Source: the human T2T-CHM13v2.0 reference genome, Homo sapiens | DNA: 64,000 bases | Strand: one strand, 5' to 3' | NCBI RefSeq assembly: GCF_009914755.1 | Contig: NC_060947.1 | Part shown: positions 13,360 to 26,396 of the stretch, piece after piece | Numbering within the stretch: position 1 is the first letter of the stretch | Layout of the letters: the number at the start of each line of letters is the position of its first letter | Position numbers and translations under genes: made by a program | Notes under the pieces: model-generated | The model's database searches: none | What the model saw: only the letters and a program-made list of their open reading frames with translations | What the model was told of the DNA's origin: nothing

Positions 13360-15479
13360 GCTGGGCGACCATAAATTGCCCTGAACATCTTGCCTGAGCA
13401 CACCTTCCTGTGGGCTATGGCCGCACACAAAGCTGCACGGCTAGCTCATGGACCCAGCACCATTTGAAAGGTCAGTGTGACCTGAAGGTCAGTCTCTGCA
13501 TCTTCCGCAGGGGTCACCTGCATACTCAGGTAGAACCTGGCCATCTCTTTCTACCAATGTGGGCCCCTTTCCAAAAGTGTCCTGTGTGATTATCTTTATT
13601 CTCTCGGCACAGTAAATGGCTTTCAATGAATTTCTGTTACAGAACGTATCACTTTACACCAAGGGCATTTGCTTGGTGACTGCTTTTGGAGTTATTGCTT
13701 GCAGTGGATTCAGTTGGACATCCTTGTGGTGGAATCTATTGCAAAGCCTTAAGCACATGACTTAAGATTTCAAAGTCCCACTTTCTTTATATGTGAAATG
13801 GGGAGGAGAATAGTAGCCCTCCCATAGCAAGCTGAGGAACTCAACTGGACAATGCACAAGAAACAGCATTGCGCTTGGTGTGGAATGTGTTCAAAAATGG
13901 TTACCTACTAGCCTGCTTTCATGAATATCAGAAGCCATGCAGTTTAGTTTTGCTTCATCTACACATACTAGGAACAAAGAAATGTCCTTCAAATATATGA
14001 AAGGAGTCCAAAGGGAAAAAATTGACTGCTGGTCAAATTAGACTCTGACTCTAAAATTATACAGATGGTAAAGCGAGATTGTGTGTTCTCTGATGGTATT
14101 TTAAAGAATGAATTAGATACCATTTATTTGTGAATAATTTTGCATAAAGGGGGTATGTATTTATTCAATCTGCTTACTAAGTGTTTATTATGTGTTTAAA
14201 GTGAAAAGAGAAAGACAAGGCAAAAAACACATCATAGCTTTTACTTATGCTATGAGATTTACGGCAAATGCTCATTCAACAATGTATGAAGTAGCCATGA
14301 TGACCCAAGCAAAATCTGGGGGAAAATGATGCGGTAGTTCAGTGCATTTCCATAGATATCTTGAAAAATTACAGAAAAGGTTTTTTTTTTTTTATTTACG
14401 TTTTCATTTGTTTTTAATGAGACTATTTTAAAACTCATTTGAATGGAAAGTAATATTTTTCACCATCAAAGTATGGAGATAAAACACATATTAAGATACA
14501 TTTTTGTACTTCAGTGCTATTCAGGGCACTGTAAAATGCACATAAGTAAAAAGACAACTTATACAACACTATATTAGATGAACTAGAATTCATATTAGAT
14601 GAATGAAAAAGTAATGCACATATATTAGACGAATTAGAACTTAGGTGTAATCACATGCACGCTAGCAAAGTAAATATGACAGCACATAAAATAGCTAAAA
14701 TCCCAGTGGAATGCTTAGTTTCAGGAATAGAAAGGTTATTGAAGAAGACAGACAATATTTTCTAGAATTGAGGAAGGGCAAATTATGCATGTATTGTACC
14801 TTAAGCTACACACTAAAATTGTCCTGCTGGCTTGCCGCTTTAACCAAACTCTCTGCCTCTTTAAGTTCTTAATTATTTATACTATTTTTATATGTTCTAA
14901 CATTAAGGTTTTTCTTTTCTTTTTGCCACTTTTCTTTTTGAAGATAGCTACATCCTAATTCTCATCTTCCTGTTATCCTCAGCCACAATGCATAACTGGG
15001 ATGTCTTTTCTAAGCCTGAAGTCCGCAACTTTTCTTACAAAACCTGAAATGGTGGCTCGATTTTGAGACTGCATCAGAGAAATTAGTGCAATTCTGTTTT
15101 CACTAAGCAGGAGGGATGTTTGATTTGAGAGCAGTTACAGAGTTCCATTATATCTCTTACTATACTGAAGTTTATTGTTAGAATTGCCAATGATTTGTCA
15201 TTTTTGGTAACTGTCCCAGTGGTGCTTGGAAGTCTTTATTTACGGAGAGATTTAAATAGCTGGGGCTAAGATTTCTCTCTGAGAATTAATTAAACAAAAA
15301 AATGATTAAATGGATCACATACCAGAGTAGCTACAGTCAAACTCATCTCTGTTCTAAAAACTAGATTTTAAGCAACCATCATAGTAACAATTCTCCACTT
15401 CAGAACTTTTATCTCACAAACCTTTATAGGCTCCAACAAAGCAATCCTCCTGGGCAATATATATATATATGTAGCATAG

Positions 15480-15698
15480 CATCTTAATCTCTGTCTGACG
15501 TCTGTTTCACCTTCAGCTCTTCTATTGTTCCAAGCTTCCAGTTTCTGTCTTATAAGGATATTTTTATTACACTGAGCTCACTTAGATACTTGAAGATACT
15601 CTCCCCATCTCAAAATCTTTATCACGTCAGTCAAGTCCGTGTTACTGCATAAGGTAGGATGTGAACATATGTAGGGGGCTGTTATTCTGTCCTCTACA
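15480..15698 (-). mobile_element. MLT1 (MaLR) LTR fragment
   Basis: tcttataaggat...atctcaaaatc...gggggctgttattctgtcctctaca resembles the reverse complement of an MLT1 5' end. Confidence 0.6.
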
Positions 15699-15699
15699 G

Positions 15700-16052
15700 C
15701 AGGGGTCCCCAAGCCCCAGGCCATGGACCAGTTTTGGTTAGGGACTGGGCCAGCAGGAGGTGAGTGGTGGGCAAGCGAGGGAAGCTTCATCTGTATTTAC
15801 AGCCACTCCCTACCACTCACATTACCACCTGAGCTCCACCTCTCGTCAGTTCAGCGGTGGCATTAGATTCTCATAGGAGTGTGAACCCTACTGTGAACTG
15901 CACATGTGAGGGATCTAGGTTGCCTGCTCCTTATGAGAATCTAATGCCTGATGATCTGAGGTGGAAGTTTCATACTGAAACCGTTCCCCTACTTGGAAAA
16001 AATTATCTTCCGTGAAATCAGTCCCTGGTGCCAAAAGTGTTGAGGACTGCTG
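15700..16052 (+). mobile_element. MER1B-like hAT-Charlie DNA transposon
   Basis: Termini CAGGGGTCCCC...gaggactgCTG; internal inverted cattagattctcata / tatgagaatctaatg; 8-bp TSD ctctacag/ctctgcag. Confidence 0.88.
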
Positions 16053-16064
16053 CTCTGCAGGTTG

Positions 16065-16300
16065 CCTGACTTATCATTGAGTTGGGAGATATTTTTATAT
16101 ATTCTAGTTACAAGTCAATTCTCTGCTATATTAGTTGTAAATGTTTTCTCTCAATCTGAAGCTTGCTCTCTGAGTTCTTCATGGTGTCTGGAAGGCCCCG
16201 TCAATACATTCTCTTGCGGTTCTTACATTTTGTGTTCTATGTAAGAAACTTTTGCATAACCCTAGCTGGCAAATATTTGCTCCTATGTTTTCTTCTAAAC
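16065..16300 (-). mobile_element. Old L1 (L1M) fragment
   Basis: ttgagttgggagatatttttatatattctagttacaagtc...gtaaatgttttctctcaatct resembles antisense L1M ORF2 sequence. Confidence 0.5.
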
Positions 16301-16960
16301 AAAGCCTCTCTGAAGAGGTGGAAATGAAAGGAAATGATGACAACGAAGCAGCTACAAGATGATGAAAGGGAAACATTCCTGAAAAGAATTACGAGTTGCG
16401 AAGTTTCAAATGGGAAATATGTTTAAAGGGTGAGGAGAACAGAAGGAGTCCCGGTGTAGCTGACTCATAATTAGCAAGGAAATGTGAAAGAACGTTATTC
16501 CAGTAGTAGGCAAAGTGAGTTCACACTTGAAAGAGAGAGTAAAATGTTGGAATTTATTGTAAAGCAATGACAAGGCATAAGAGTTGGAACATGGCAGGGA
16601 TGTGATAGGATTTATGGTTTCGTAAAGCTCACAGGAGCCACTGGTGGACAGGACTGCAGGAGCGTGCATTTGGAAGAAGTCCACTGCAGTTGTCCAGGTG
16701 AAAGTTGGTCCTGGCTTTAACCAGGTTAGTGGCAGTCAGGGTGGAAGACATTCAACATCTTCTGGACACATGTTGTCAGGGTGCTTCAGGCTTTGGTGTT
16801 AATACAAGATGTGAATATGTGGTAGGAGTGGGGATTTGATGTTTGCTCTGGTTTGGGTTCATGATAGGTTTGGATACGTGTTTGTGAAGAGTGCAGCATC
16901 ATCCAAAGAGTGTCAGTTGTAACCAAGTTATTGAACCTGGGTAGGTGCCCTTGGGATGGG
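16300..16960 (-). mobile_element. L2 fragment(s)
   Basis: Diverged L2-type motifs aagcctctctgaagaggtg, ggcagggatgtgataggattt and gcagttgtccaggtga. Confidence 0.5.
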
Positions 16961-17359
16961 GACGTATCTTCTGGGATTTTCACCCTGCCTGAGTTACACA
17001 CACATTCAAGAGTCCTAGGACTGTGGCCAAATGATTGAATCAATCCCAGTTTCTCTTTCTGCACACTGGGCTTTGAGGTTACTGAAGCTCCCTCTCCCTA
17101 TGACATTGAACAAAACGATGAATGTGAAAGACCTTCATGCATTATAAAGCTCCATGGAAATGTGAGATGCTATTATTATCTTGTGCAAGAAGACAACGGC
17201 TGGGTGGTAGTGATGATTAAGAAAAACGCTAATAGCATGTTGTGTTTACACTGCCTTTAGTCCAAAACACAACATCTTCATTGCTGAAGCATGGTGATTC
17301 ATGTGCTTTTGTATAGAAAAAAGGCATGTCAAACAAGATCACATATGGTAAGTATTTTT

Positions 17360-17398
<39 letters not shown>

Positions 17399-17616
17399 TA
17401 GACATGTATATGTCTAAAATGATTCCAAAGAACAGCATAGGCTTATTTCATTATCACTGCAACAGTCTCAAGGTAGCCAAATTTGACAGACAAGGTCAGA
17501 AAGAGTTAAAAATAGAGATTCAAATGAAAACATATTCACTTTTTTTCTCCGATGTTTCAATCTCTTAATGACCCTAAGCTGCTTCTCACTGTATGACTCA
17601 GCGGCATTGAAAATGA

Positions 17617-17620
<4 letters not shown>

Positions 17621-17684
<64 letters not shown>

Positions 17685-17699
17685 CAGAGAGAGAGAGAG
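17621..17699. repeat. (GA)n microsatellite
   Basis: Long pure AG run ending in GACA interruptions. Confidence 0.95.
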
Positions 17700-18494
17700 G
17701 CAGCCTAATACTTCCAAGCACAGGGGCATTCCTTTATTTCCATAACACATATTTATTAAGAGCTGTTCTGCATCCTGCAAGGTGTTTGCGGGGTAAGTGA
17801 GGGCAATCTCTCCCAGCCCCTATGGTACCAACAGCCTGGGAGGGCTGAGCTGTCTCAGGATATATCCACAAAACCTTGAGTTGTCTGTAAAAATTTAAAC
17901 TGCATAGACTCCTCCGCTGACTTCCAAATCAGAATCTCTGTTGGTACAATTCAGCAGTAGGCATGAAAACTGAAAAGTTATTTCTATGCATATTCAGGAT
18001 TTGGGGAGTGCTGTTTTGGGCAGATGCATTGGGCAGCGGTAGCTACACGGTGTTAGGCTTTTAAGAATAAACTTAGCACGGCCCAGGTAGTATTTTCTAG
18101 ATTCAAGGGTGAAGGCTGCCGTGACACATAATGGGAAGGGTCTGTCTTTAGTGAGGCGGTCTCAGGCTTTCCTGTCTTACTGTTAATATCACAGGCGAAG
18201 CTGACAGCCACTGCAGAAGGAAAGAACAAGGAACCATCACTGCCATCTTCTCCTTTTATCTCCAACATCATAACTGCTCTTCACCAAGAATCAGAGGGAA
18301 AAGGGAGAAGGTTTCTCTTGCCGGAAATACTAATCCCAGAACCAATTGTTTTTCTCTCTCTTTTTGCTTTATCTGCCAGAAATTGTGAGGTAAAATTTAT
18401 GCTCAACTCCAGTACCTGAATGTCTTTGTTCCTTTTGCTTTGTGTGTCAGATTTCACCTCTTTTATTTCTTCGTGGGGAGGGGGGGAAACAGGA

Positions 18495-18740
18495 GAAATA
18501 GGTTCTCGTGTTCCATAGCACTGCAGGGTGACTGTAGTTAAAAATAATATAATATGTAGTTTCAAATAGCTAGAAGGAGGAAATTGAATGTTCCCAACAC
18601 AAAGAAATGATAAATGTTTTAGATAATGGATATGCTAATTACTTAGATCTGATCACTGTATATTACATGTATTGGAACATCAGTATGCACCCCGTAAATA
18701 TGTACAATTATTACTTGTCAATTAAAACTAAATAAATGAA
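18495..18740 (+). mobile_element. L1MA-type 3' UTR fragment
   Basis: agggtgactgtagttaa...ttgaatgttcccaacacaaagaaatgataaatgtt...aatatgtacaattatta...aattaaaa. Confidence 0.8.
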
Positions 18741-18804
18741 ATGTGGGGAGTACTTTATGCTGTACTGCCTCAAACTGTCTTTAAATTAAGCAAAACTAAT
18801 ATTA

Positions 18805-19165
<361 letters not shown>

Positions 19166-19358
19166 CTATGTATATCTATATCTATTTATTTGTGTGTGGG
19201 TTAAGTTTGCCATTTTGATCATTTTAAAATGTACAATTCAGTGGGATTCATTACATTCACAATGTGGTATAATTATCACCACTACCTATTTCCAAACCTA
19301 TTCATCACTACAAACAATAACCCTAACTATTAAGCCATATGTCCCCATTGGGGAAATA

Positions 19359-20019
19359 TTTTTTTATTTTTTGAGACAGGATCTCACTTTGTCACCCAGG
19401 CTGAAGTGGCGCCATCTCGGCTCACTGCACCCTTGAGATGCATTGGGCATCTCTAGCTCAAGCAATCCTGTGCTCAAGCAATCCTCCTGACCCAGTGTCC
19501 CCAAGTAGCTGGGAATACACACTTGTGCCACTGCACCCAGCTAATTTTTGTATTTTTTATAGAGACAGGGTTTCACCATGTTGCCCAGGCTGGTCTCAAA
19601 CTGCAAAGCTCAAGCGATCTGCCTGCCTTGCCCTCCCAAAGTGCTAGGATTACAGGCGTAAGCCACTATATCAGTCCATTTTCACACTGCTCATAGAGAC
19701 ATGCCTGAGACTGGGCAATTTACAAAAGAAACAGGTTTAATGGACTTAACAGTTCCACGTGCCTGGGGAGGCCTCACAATCATGGTGGAAGGTAAAAGGC
19801 ATGTCTCACATGGCAGCAGACAACAGAAGAGAGCTTATGCAGGGAAACTCCCCTTTTTAAAACCATCAGATCTCATGAGACTTATTCACTATCATGAGAA
19901 CAGCACAGGAAGGGCCTGCCCCCATGATTCACTTGCCTCCCGCTGGGTCCCTCTCACAAGAATTCAAGACGAGATTTGGGTGGGGACACAACCAAACCAT
20001 GTCAGCCACCATGCCAGCC
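19359..20019 (-). mobile_element. AluJ-like element split by a THE1 LTR
   Basis: Alu body at 19359-19666 and its last bases catgccagcc at 20010-20019; outer duplication ttggggaaata on both flanks. Confidence 0.88.
19667..20004 (-). mobile_element. THE1 (THE1B-like) solo LTR nested in Alu
   Basis: tatatcagtccattttcacactgct...gagatttgggtggggacacaaccaaaccatgtca; perfect 5-bp TSD gccac at 19662-19666 and 20005-20009. Confidence 0.92.
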
Positions 20020-20824
20020 TTTTGGGGAAATACTTTGAATGGTGTTCATATGTTGAGTTACCCATACCCTGAGCTAAATCTGCTTGATTATGTGTGATGT
20101 CTGTATTTAATGACCAATGTGATTGCACCAACCATTCCTACAATTGATCTTGTTGACCAGGACACCTAAATATACATGTCTCCAAGAGTAAACATTCAAA
20201 ATAGCCCTCAACTTCTTAAGACTCTTAAAATCATGTTGTTGGTTTGTAATCTACATTTACATAAGTAAATCAATTGTGGATTGTGTTTCCTTTAATTAGC
20301 AGTGGGGGGATATCGGCAAGTGATGGAAAACAGAATGCATTTTATCTAATTCTACAAGATTGACTTGTACATTTACTAAAATCTTCCACTCTGGAAAGAC
20401 TTCTGGTCAGCGAAGATGTATCTGGGTCCACAGCAATTTGCTGAATATGGAATCATGGCTAAATTTCAATGGGATGCCTCCAAAACCCAGGACAATGTTC
20501 AGTTTCCAAGAAAGATCCTATTAGGTTCAACATATTGTGTTTTACAAAATGAAATTATATATTCTCATACTTCTAAATGCTTTCAAGGCAAACATAAAAT
20601 GAAAAAAAAAAAACCTCTCTAATTGACCACATTTAAATAGAAACTTCAAAAAGCACCTAACATCTTTATGCAAAATGCCTTACAATTTTTAAAGTTCTTT
20701 TCACACATTACCTCATTTCCTTTGTGTTCCTGAAACTAAGATGGCTTTCAGTAAACAATTTTTCTAGTGTTCTGGCTTATGTTCGTGGCCAAACACACAC
20801 ATTATTTTAAAAGCATTGGGTCAC

Positions 20825-21255
20825 AATGTGGAACCAACCCAATGCCCATCAATCAACGAGCGGATAAAGAAACTGTGGTACATAAATATATGATGGAATG
20901 CTACTCAGCCATACAAAGAAATGAATTAATGGCATTCACAGCTACCTGGATGGGACTGGAGACTATTATTGGAAGTGAAGTAACTCAGGAATGGAAAACC
21001 AAACATCTTATGTTCTCATTCATAAGTGGGAGCTGAGCTATGAGGATGCAAAGGCATAAGAATGACACAATGGACTCTGGGGACTCAGAGGGAAAGGGTG
21101 GGAGGGGGTTGGGGGATAAAATACTACAAATTGGGTTCAGTGTATACTGCTTGGGTAATGGGTGCACCAAAATCTCACAAATCACCACTAAAGAAGTGAC
21201 TCATGTAAGCAAATACCACTTGTTCCCCTAAAACCTATGAAAATAAAAAAAAAAA
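20825..21255 (+). mobile_element. L1PB-like 3' end
   Basis: tggaaccaacccaatgcccatcaatc...gaagtaactcaggaatggaaaaccaaacat...gggtgcaccaaaatctcacaaatcaccactaaagaa, then poly(A). Confidence 0.9.
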
Positions 21256-22062
21256 TTTAAAGTCCCAATTCATTAATAATAAGTTGTTTTGCAAGTAGAC
21301 AGCTGCTTATCACCCAAGTTCTTTCACTGCCTTCTTCTCCTGGCCCCAAACTGCCCATCTCATAAGCTTGGTGAAAATATATTCTTTCTACACTCATCAA
21401 CCACACTAAACACTTAGTGATATTTTAACAAATACTGATGCCTATGTCCCAGTGGAAGAGATTCTTAATGAGCTGTTTTGGGGTTAGTGTATAGGCACAT
21501 GTATTTCAAATACGTATATATATCTGAATACTTTTAATGAAAAGCAAATCTTGTGATCCACACATTTAAAGAGAAAGCAAGTGAAAATATTGACACCCTC
21601 TTTTCCATAATACAATTCTTCTTCTCATTTTCTTACATCGTTAATTCCTTATGGAAATCAATGAACCGTCCCATCAAATTTTATCAAGCATAAACATCAC
21701 AGATGGGTTTGGGAAAGAAATAATAGTTTGCAACCCACACCCTCAATTTTAGATTCAGGAAGCCTCCTCCCAGGTATAGGATCTTAAATTTTGCATTTCT
21801 AACAAGTTGCTGCTTTGTGAACCACATTTTGAACATTACTGCTGAAGAACACCCCATGTTCTAGAATTAACAGAATGTTTCCTAATCACATCTTGTTTTT
21901 CTTCCTTAGGGTTATGGTGCCCTTTGTAGGAAACAACGCACCCAGGAACTGCTCTGTACTTTATACTGAATTTAATAAGGACTTACATGATACCTGCTAG
22001 TGTTACTTTTAATTATCTTAAGAGTGGTTGATAATTACATTCAGTTGGTAATGAATCCCACC

Positions 22063-22114
22063 ATATATATATATATATATACATACACATATATATATAT
22101 ATATATATATACAT

Positions 22115-22164
<50 letters not shown>
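22063..22164. repeat. Compound (TA)n repeat with ACATACAC interruptions
   Basis: Read directly. Confidence 0.93.
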
Positions 22165-22169
<5 letters not shown>

Positions 22170-22215
22170 TGCGAAGCTTTTCAAATAATCAGAGATAATT
22201 TCCTAGATCTCTTAT

Positions 22216-22589
22216 TGATATGGTTTGGCTGTGTCCCCACCCAAATCCCATCTTGAATTGTAGTTCCATGGCCACATGTTGTGGGAGGAACCAGGTGGAG
22301 ATAATTGAATCATGGGGGCAGTTTCCCCCATGGTGTTCTCGTGGTAGTGAGTCAGTTTTCACAAGATCTGATGGTTTTATAAGGGATTTCCCCTTTCAAT
22401 GGGCACTCATTTCTCTCTCCTGCCACCACCATGTGAAGAAAGACACGTTTGCTGTCCTTTCTGCCACAATTGTAAGCTTCCTGAGGCCTCCCCAGCCATG
22501 TGGAACTGCAAGTCAAGTAAACCTCTTTCCTTAATAAATTACCTAGTGTCCAGCAGTTCTTTAGATCAGTGTGAGGACAGATTAATATA
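22216..22589 (+). mobile_element. THE1 (MaLR) solo LTR
   Basis: TGATATGGTTTGGCTGTGTCCCCACCCAAATC start; flanks cttat/cttac (4/5 TSD). Confidence 0.9.
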
Positions 22590-23019
22590 CTTACTTAATT
22601 TGGAGTTTCACAAAATAATGATTTTCAGATAGTATTGTTCTTTCTGCATATATTATCTGAAATTTTACTTGTAATCACCAATTTTTTAGTTACTCTGAAA
22701 TTCAATATATATAGGAAAAGTGGGAAAAAATCATGATTCTTTTATTGATCAAGATTCAGGAAAATGCGATCGTGGCCTAGTAATATAACCAGTGAGTTTT
22801 ATTCTGGGTGTCATGATGAATACATGAACTTTTATGTCTTTATCATTTTAAATCCAGTACAAATATTCTTACAGATGTTCTAATTGTCCCATTACAGCTG
22901 GTCAGTTTCTTCTGGTTGATATTTGGGCCTTTGTGTTTTTATTGTTTCTTTGTTTTATACATACATACACATGCATAAGTCTCTCTCCCTACAGAGAGAT
23001 ATATTCTACCTCTAGAGAG

Positions 23020-23023
<4 letters not shown>

Positions 23024-23060
<37 letters not shown>
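23024..23060. repeat. (CA)n microsatellite
   Basis: Read directly. Confidence 0.93.
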
Positions 23061-23063
<3 letters not shown>

Positions 23064-23169
23064 CTTATAGACTGTTTCCTAATCATTTGTCTAGAGAGAG
23101 AGAATACAGATATTCTTATCTATCTATCTAGAGACTATATCTCTATAGCTCTAACATATCTCTATATCT

Positions 23170-23216
<47 letters not shown>
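23170..23216. repeat. (TATC)n / GATA tetranucleotide STR
   Basis: About 11 perfect TCTA units. Confidence 0.93.
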
Positions 23217-25071
23217 GTTTCACAGGTTTGCTCTCTACTCCGGGCCCCAGAGTGCTAAGAGGATACATGTATGTACATATGTATGTATGTAAACTAAATT
23301 ATCAACAATGGTTTTCTTTTGTTAAAAAAGATTTTTCTTCTGTATGATCTTTGATACTGTAAATTTATAGCAATGCAGATATATTGTTTTGGCAATCAGA
23401 CAATTAGAAAAATATAAAAGACTGTATTTAAAGGAAAGAAGATATCATCTGAAATGGGATACAGAAAGACAGTTCACACAAAAAAGGTGTTTTATGGCCT
23501 TGGAATAGTTTCAGGAAGGAACGAAAATGCAGTCACAGGACTGTTCTTGAATCCCTACAGCCAACGTTTGATCAATTGTACTTTCTGTAGCATATCTCAG
23601 AAACGACTGGGAGCAAATTGTATGTGGAGATGTAGAATGTGTCAACAAACTTGAAGAGAAATCATTAAGTATTACGTTTGGAGTTCAGCCCAAAGCAAAT
23701 ATTTCTGTATTATAGGTTCTTCTAACAGATGGATGGTATAAGTGGTTCAATACTATTCTTGCCTAGGTCCTCATAAAAGCACCAGAGGGAACAAGAATGC
23801 AGGTAAAAGAGAATTTACTTTACTTCTTGCAGCGCTAAAACCAGTCCTTCAAAAAGACACTGCATTCCCCATGCATCTGCACAGGCATTAGGACTCACAT
23901 CCCCCGTGTGACTCCACCACACATCTGGTAATGATTTCTGCCTGTAACTTGAAGGATTTTACCTGGGTTTCAGCTCTAACTTCTCCCATGCTTGACTAAG
24001 TCTTCCACCACTCAGATGTCTTATTCGAGCCTAAAGCTCAGTGTGTGCTATATTGAGCTAAACATCTTTTTCTCATTCAAACTCGTCTCTTTTCTTATTT
24101 CCCGTGTTAATATCACAAGAATGTATCCAGCTATACAGGTTAAAACACTTGAATTCATATTTTTACCATGGCATCTCTTTGTAGAATCCCAGTATATGGT
24201 TAATATTTGGGGCTCACTGATTAGTGTTTAAATCGGTTATCACACCCATTACTTCCTTTTCATTCCTACACGCATCTGCAACTCCAGGGCAAAAATCTGT
24301 ATCCACTTTAAATCACTGCCTGCCAGTTATTCCTCTGCGTCTAAACTTTTCAGAATGCCCAGACTTGGTGTTCTATCTTCATGCTAAGTCTCAATTAAAA
24401 TGTATTTTACGCAGGAAGGTTTAATAGTTGTGTTATATAAACAAGATTAAGATCCTAGGCTTATCTTCCAAAGCCATACACACAAGCTTTGTTCATCTAA
24501 TATTTGTTTAGTATCTTCCTTCTGCTCAATCAGAATAGTCTTTTGAACTCTGTGTTCTTATATTCACAGTATGTCTGTCTTATTCTTTCATTACATGGAC
24601 ACTGAATAAATGAATACAAGTCCTCTTAGGTGACAGGTGGCCTCAGGGACAACTCTATTCCAAGCAATCATGTGATGAGGACGAGGATGATCTCAGCTTG
24701 AAGTCTTTTCCAGCGGAGGGGAGGGAGATTTATAGTATGATAGAGGTGTTTACATTTTATAACAGTGTACAAATATTTTAGGCAGTTTACTTGCTGGATT
24801 CATTTATCTTTCAATAGACAATAAATAGCAGAGCTTTTGAAATGCTATTCATCAATAGTGCAATCATATATTATTTACCAAGAATGTGTACCCTACTTTC
24901 CGCTGCAGTGACTTCCATGTGAAAATGCTGTCACTGAGCTTCATGGAAGCCCCTTGGTGCCCTTCCAACCATCAGAAAAGATATCATACGGATAGAACTT
25001 GGTACATTGAAATTTAATTCCTCTGTCAAATAAAATCACCTTAGCCCTGTCATACAGTTATAGAAAGACTT

Positions 25072-25216
25072 ATTTTTTTTTTTAATTTTTAGTTTTTTTT
25101 TAGAGATGGTATCTTGCTATGTTGCCCAAGCTGGTCCTTGAACTCCTGGGCTCAAGTGATCCTCCTGCCTCAGTCTCCTGAGTAGCTGGGACTATAGACA
25201 TGCACCACCGTGCCCA
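25072..25216 (-). mobile_element. Free left Alu monomer (FLAM-like)
   Basis: Single monomer with T tail; TSD agaaagact on both sides. Confidence 0.82.
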
Positions 25217-25372
25217 GAGAAAGACTCATTTTGGTTTTAGTTGATCTGCTGATTAACCTGTTAGAGGAAAATGCAATGATTATTATTTCCAAAGCTTTGT
25301 TGGAAAGACAGAAGCTTGTTCATTTTGAAAAAAAAATCTACATAAGATTTAATAAACTATTAATTATTTTTA

Positions 25373-25706
<334 letters not shown>

Positions 25707-25906
25707 AAAAATGTATATGTGTATACGCATCTTATAAAATATATATGTGTATATGTATATACATATATATACACACCTACAATGTAGTGTGTGTATATAT
25801 ATGCATGCACACATGTGTGCACACACACATATTTCACACTTATTACTTTGATATTCTAGAAGCTTTTGGTTAAGCTTACATGTATAACTAGAATATTGTT
25901 GAATAA

Positions 25907-26396
25907 TATAAGGGAAAAGAAATATCTTTTCTTCCTATCTTAGTTTCATGGCTGAGGCCCCTATGACAAAAGACAGATTAAGCAAAGAGTGCACTTCATT
26001 TAATAACAGTTTTATATGACACAGGAGCCTTCATAAGGCAATGAAGACCCAAAAGAAACAGGGAAACCTGTGGATTTTTGTGCTTAGATACTTAGGTTTG
26101 ATAAAGAGTGGACAGTCATTGGAAAGTATGATTGAAGTAAAAATGTTTATTATCTAATGGGAAAAAACTGGGGAGAACTTAGCAAGGCCTGTGTGTTCAG
26201 ATTCTCCTCTGTGTCCTTTTGTCCTCAGAGATAAGAATGTTCTATTCCTCTTGGTATAGAGAGTCACCTCTCATAGGAGGGTCTTATGACCTGGCTTTAG
26301 GGGAGAAGGATGGGGAGAAGGTCAGAGAGAACTTTCCTGCTTCTTCTGTTTTTTCAAATGCTAAGGTGCCATATTTATGGGTGGTATGCCCCATCA
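25907..26396 (-). mobile_element. ERV1-class solo LTR (MER34/MER89/MER90-like group)
   Basis: Minus strand starts TGATGGGG...ccataaatatggcaccttagcatttgaaaaaacagaagaagcaggaa...tctctgaccttctcc, resembling this LTR group; the exact family is uncertain. Confidence 0.6.

Noticed and set aside
19701-20072. 123-aa ORF
   Set aside because: Lies within the THE1 LTR.
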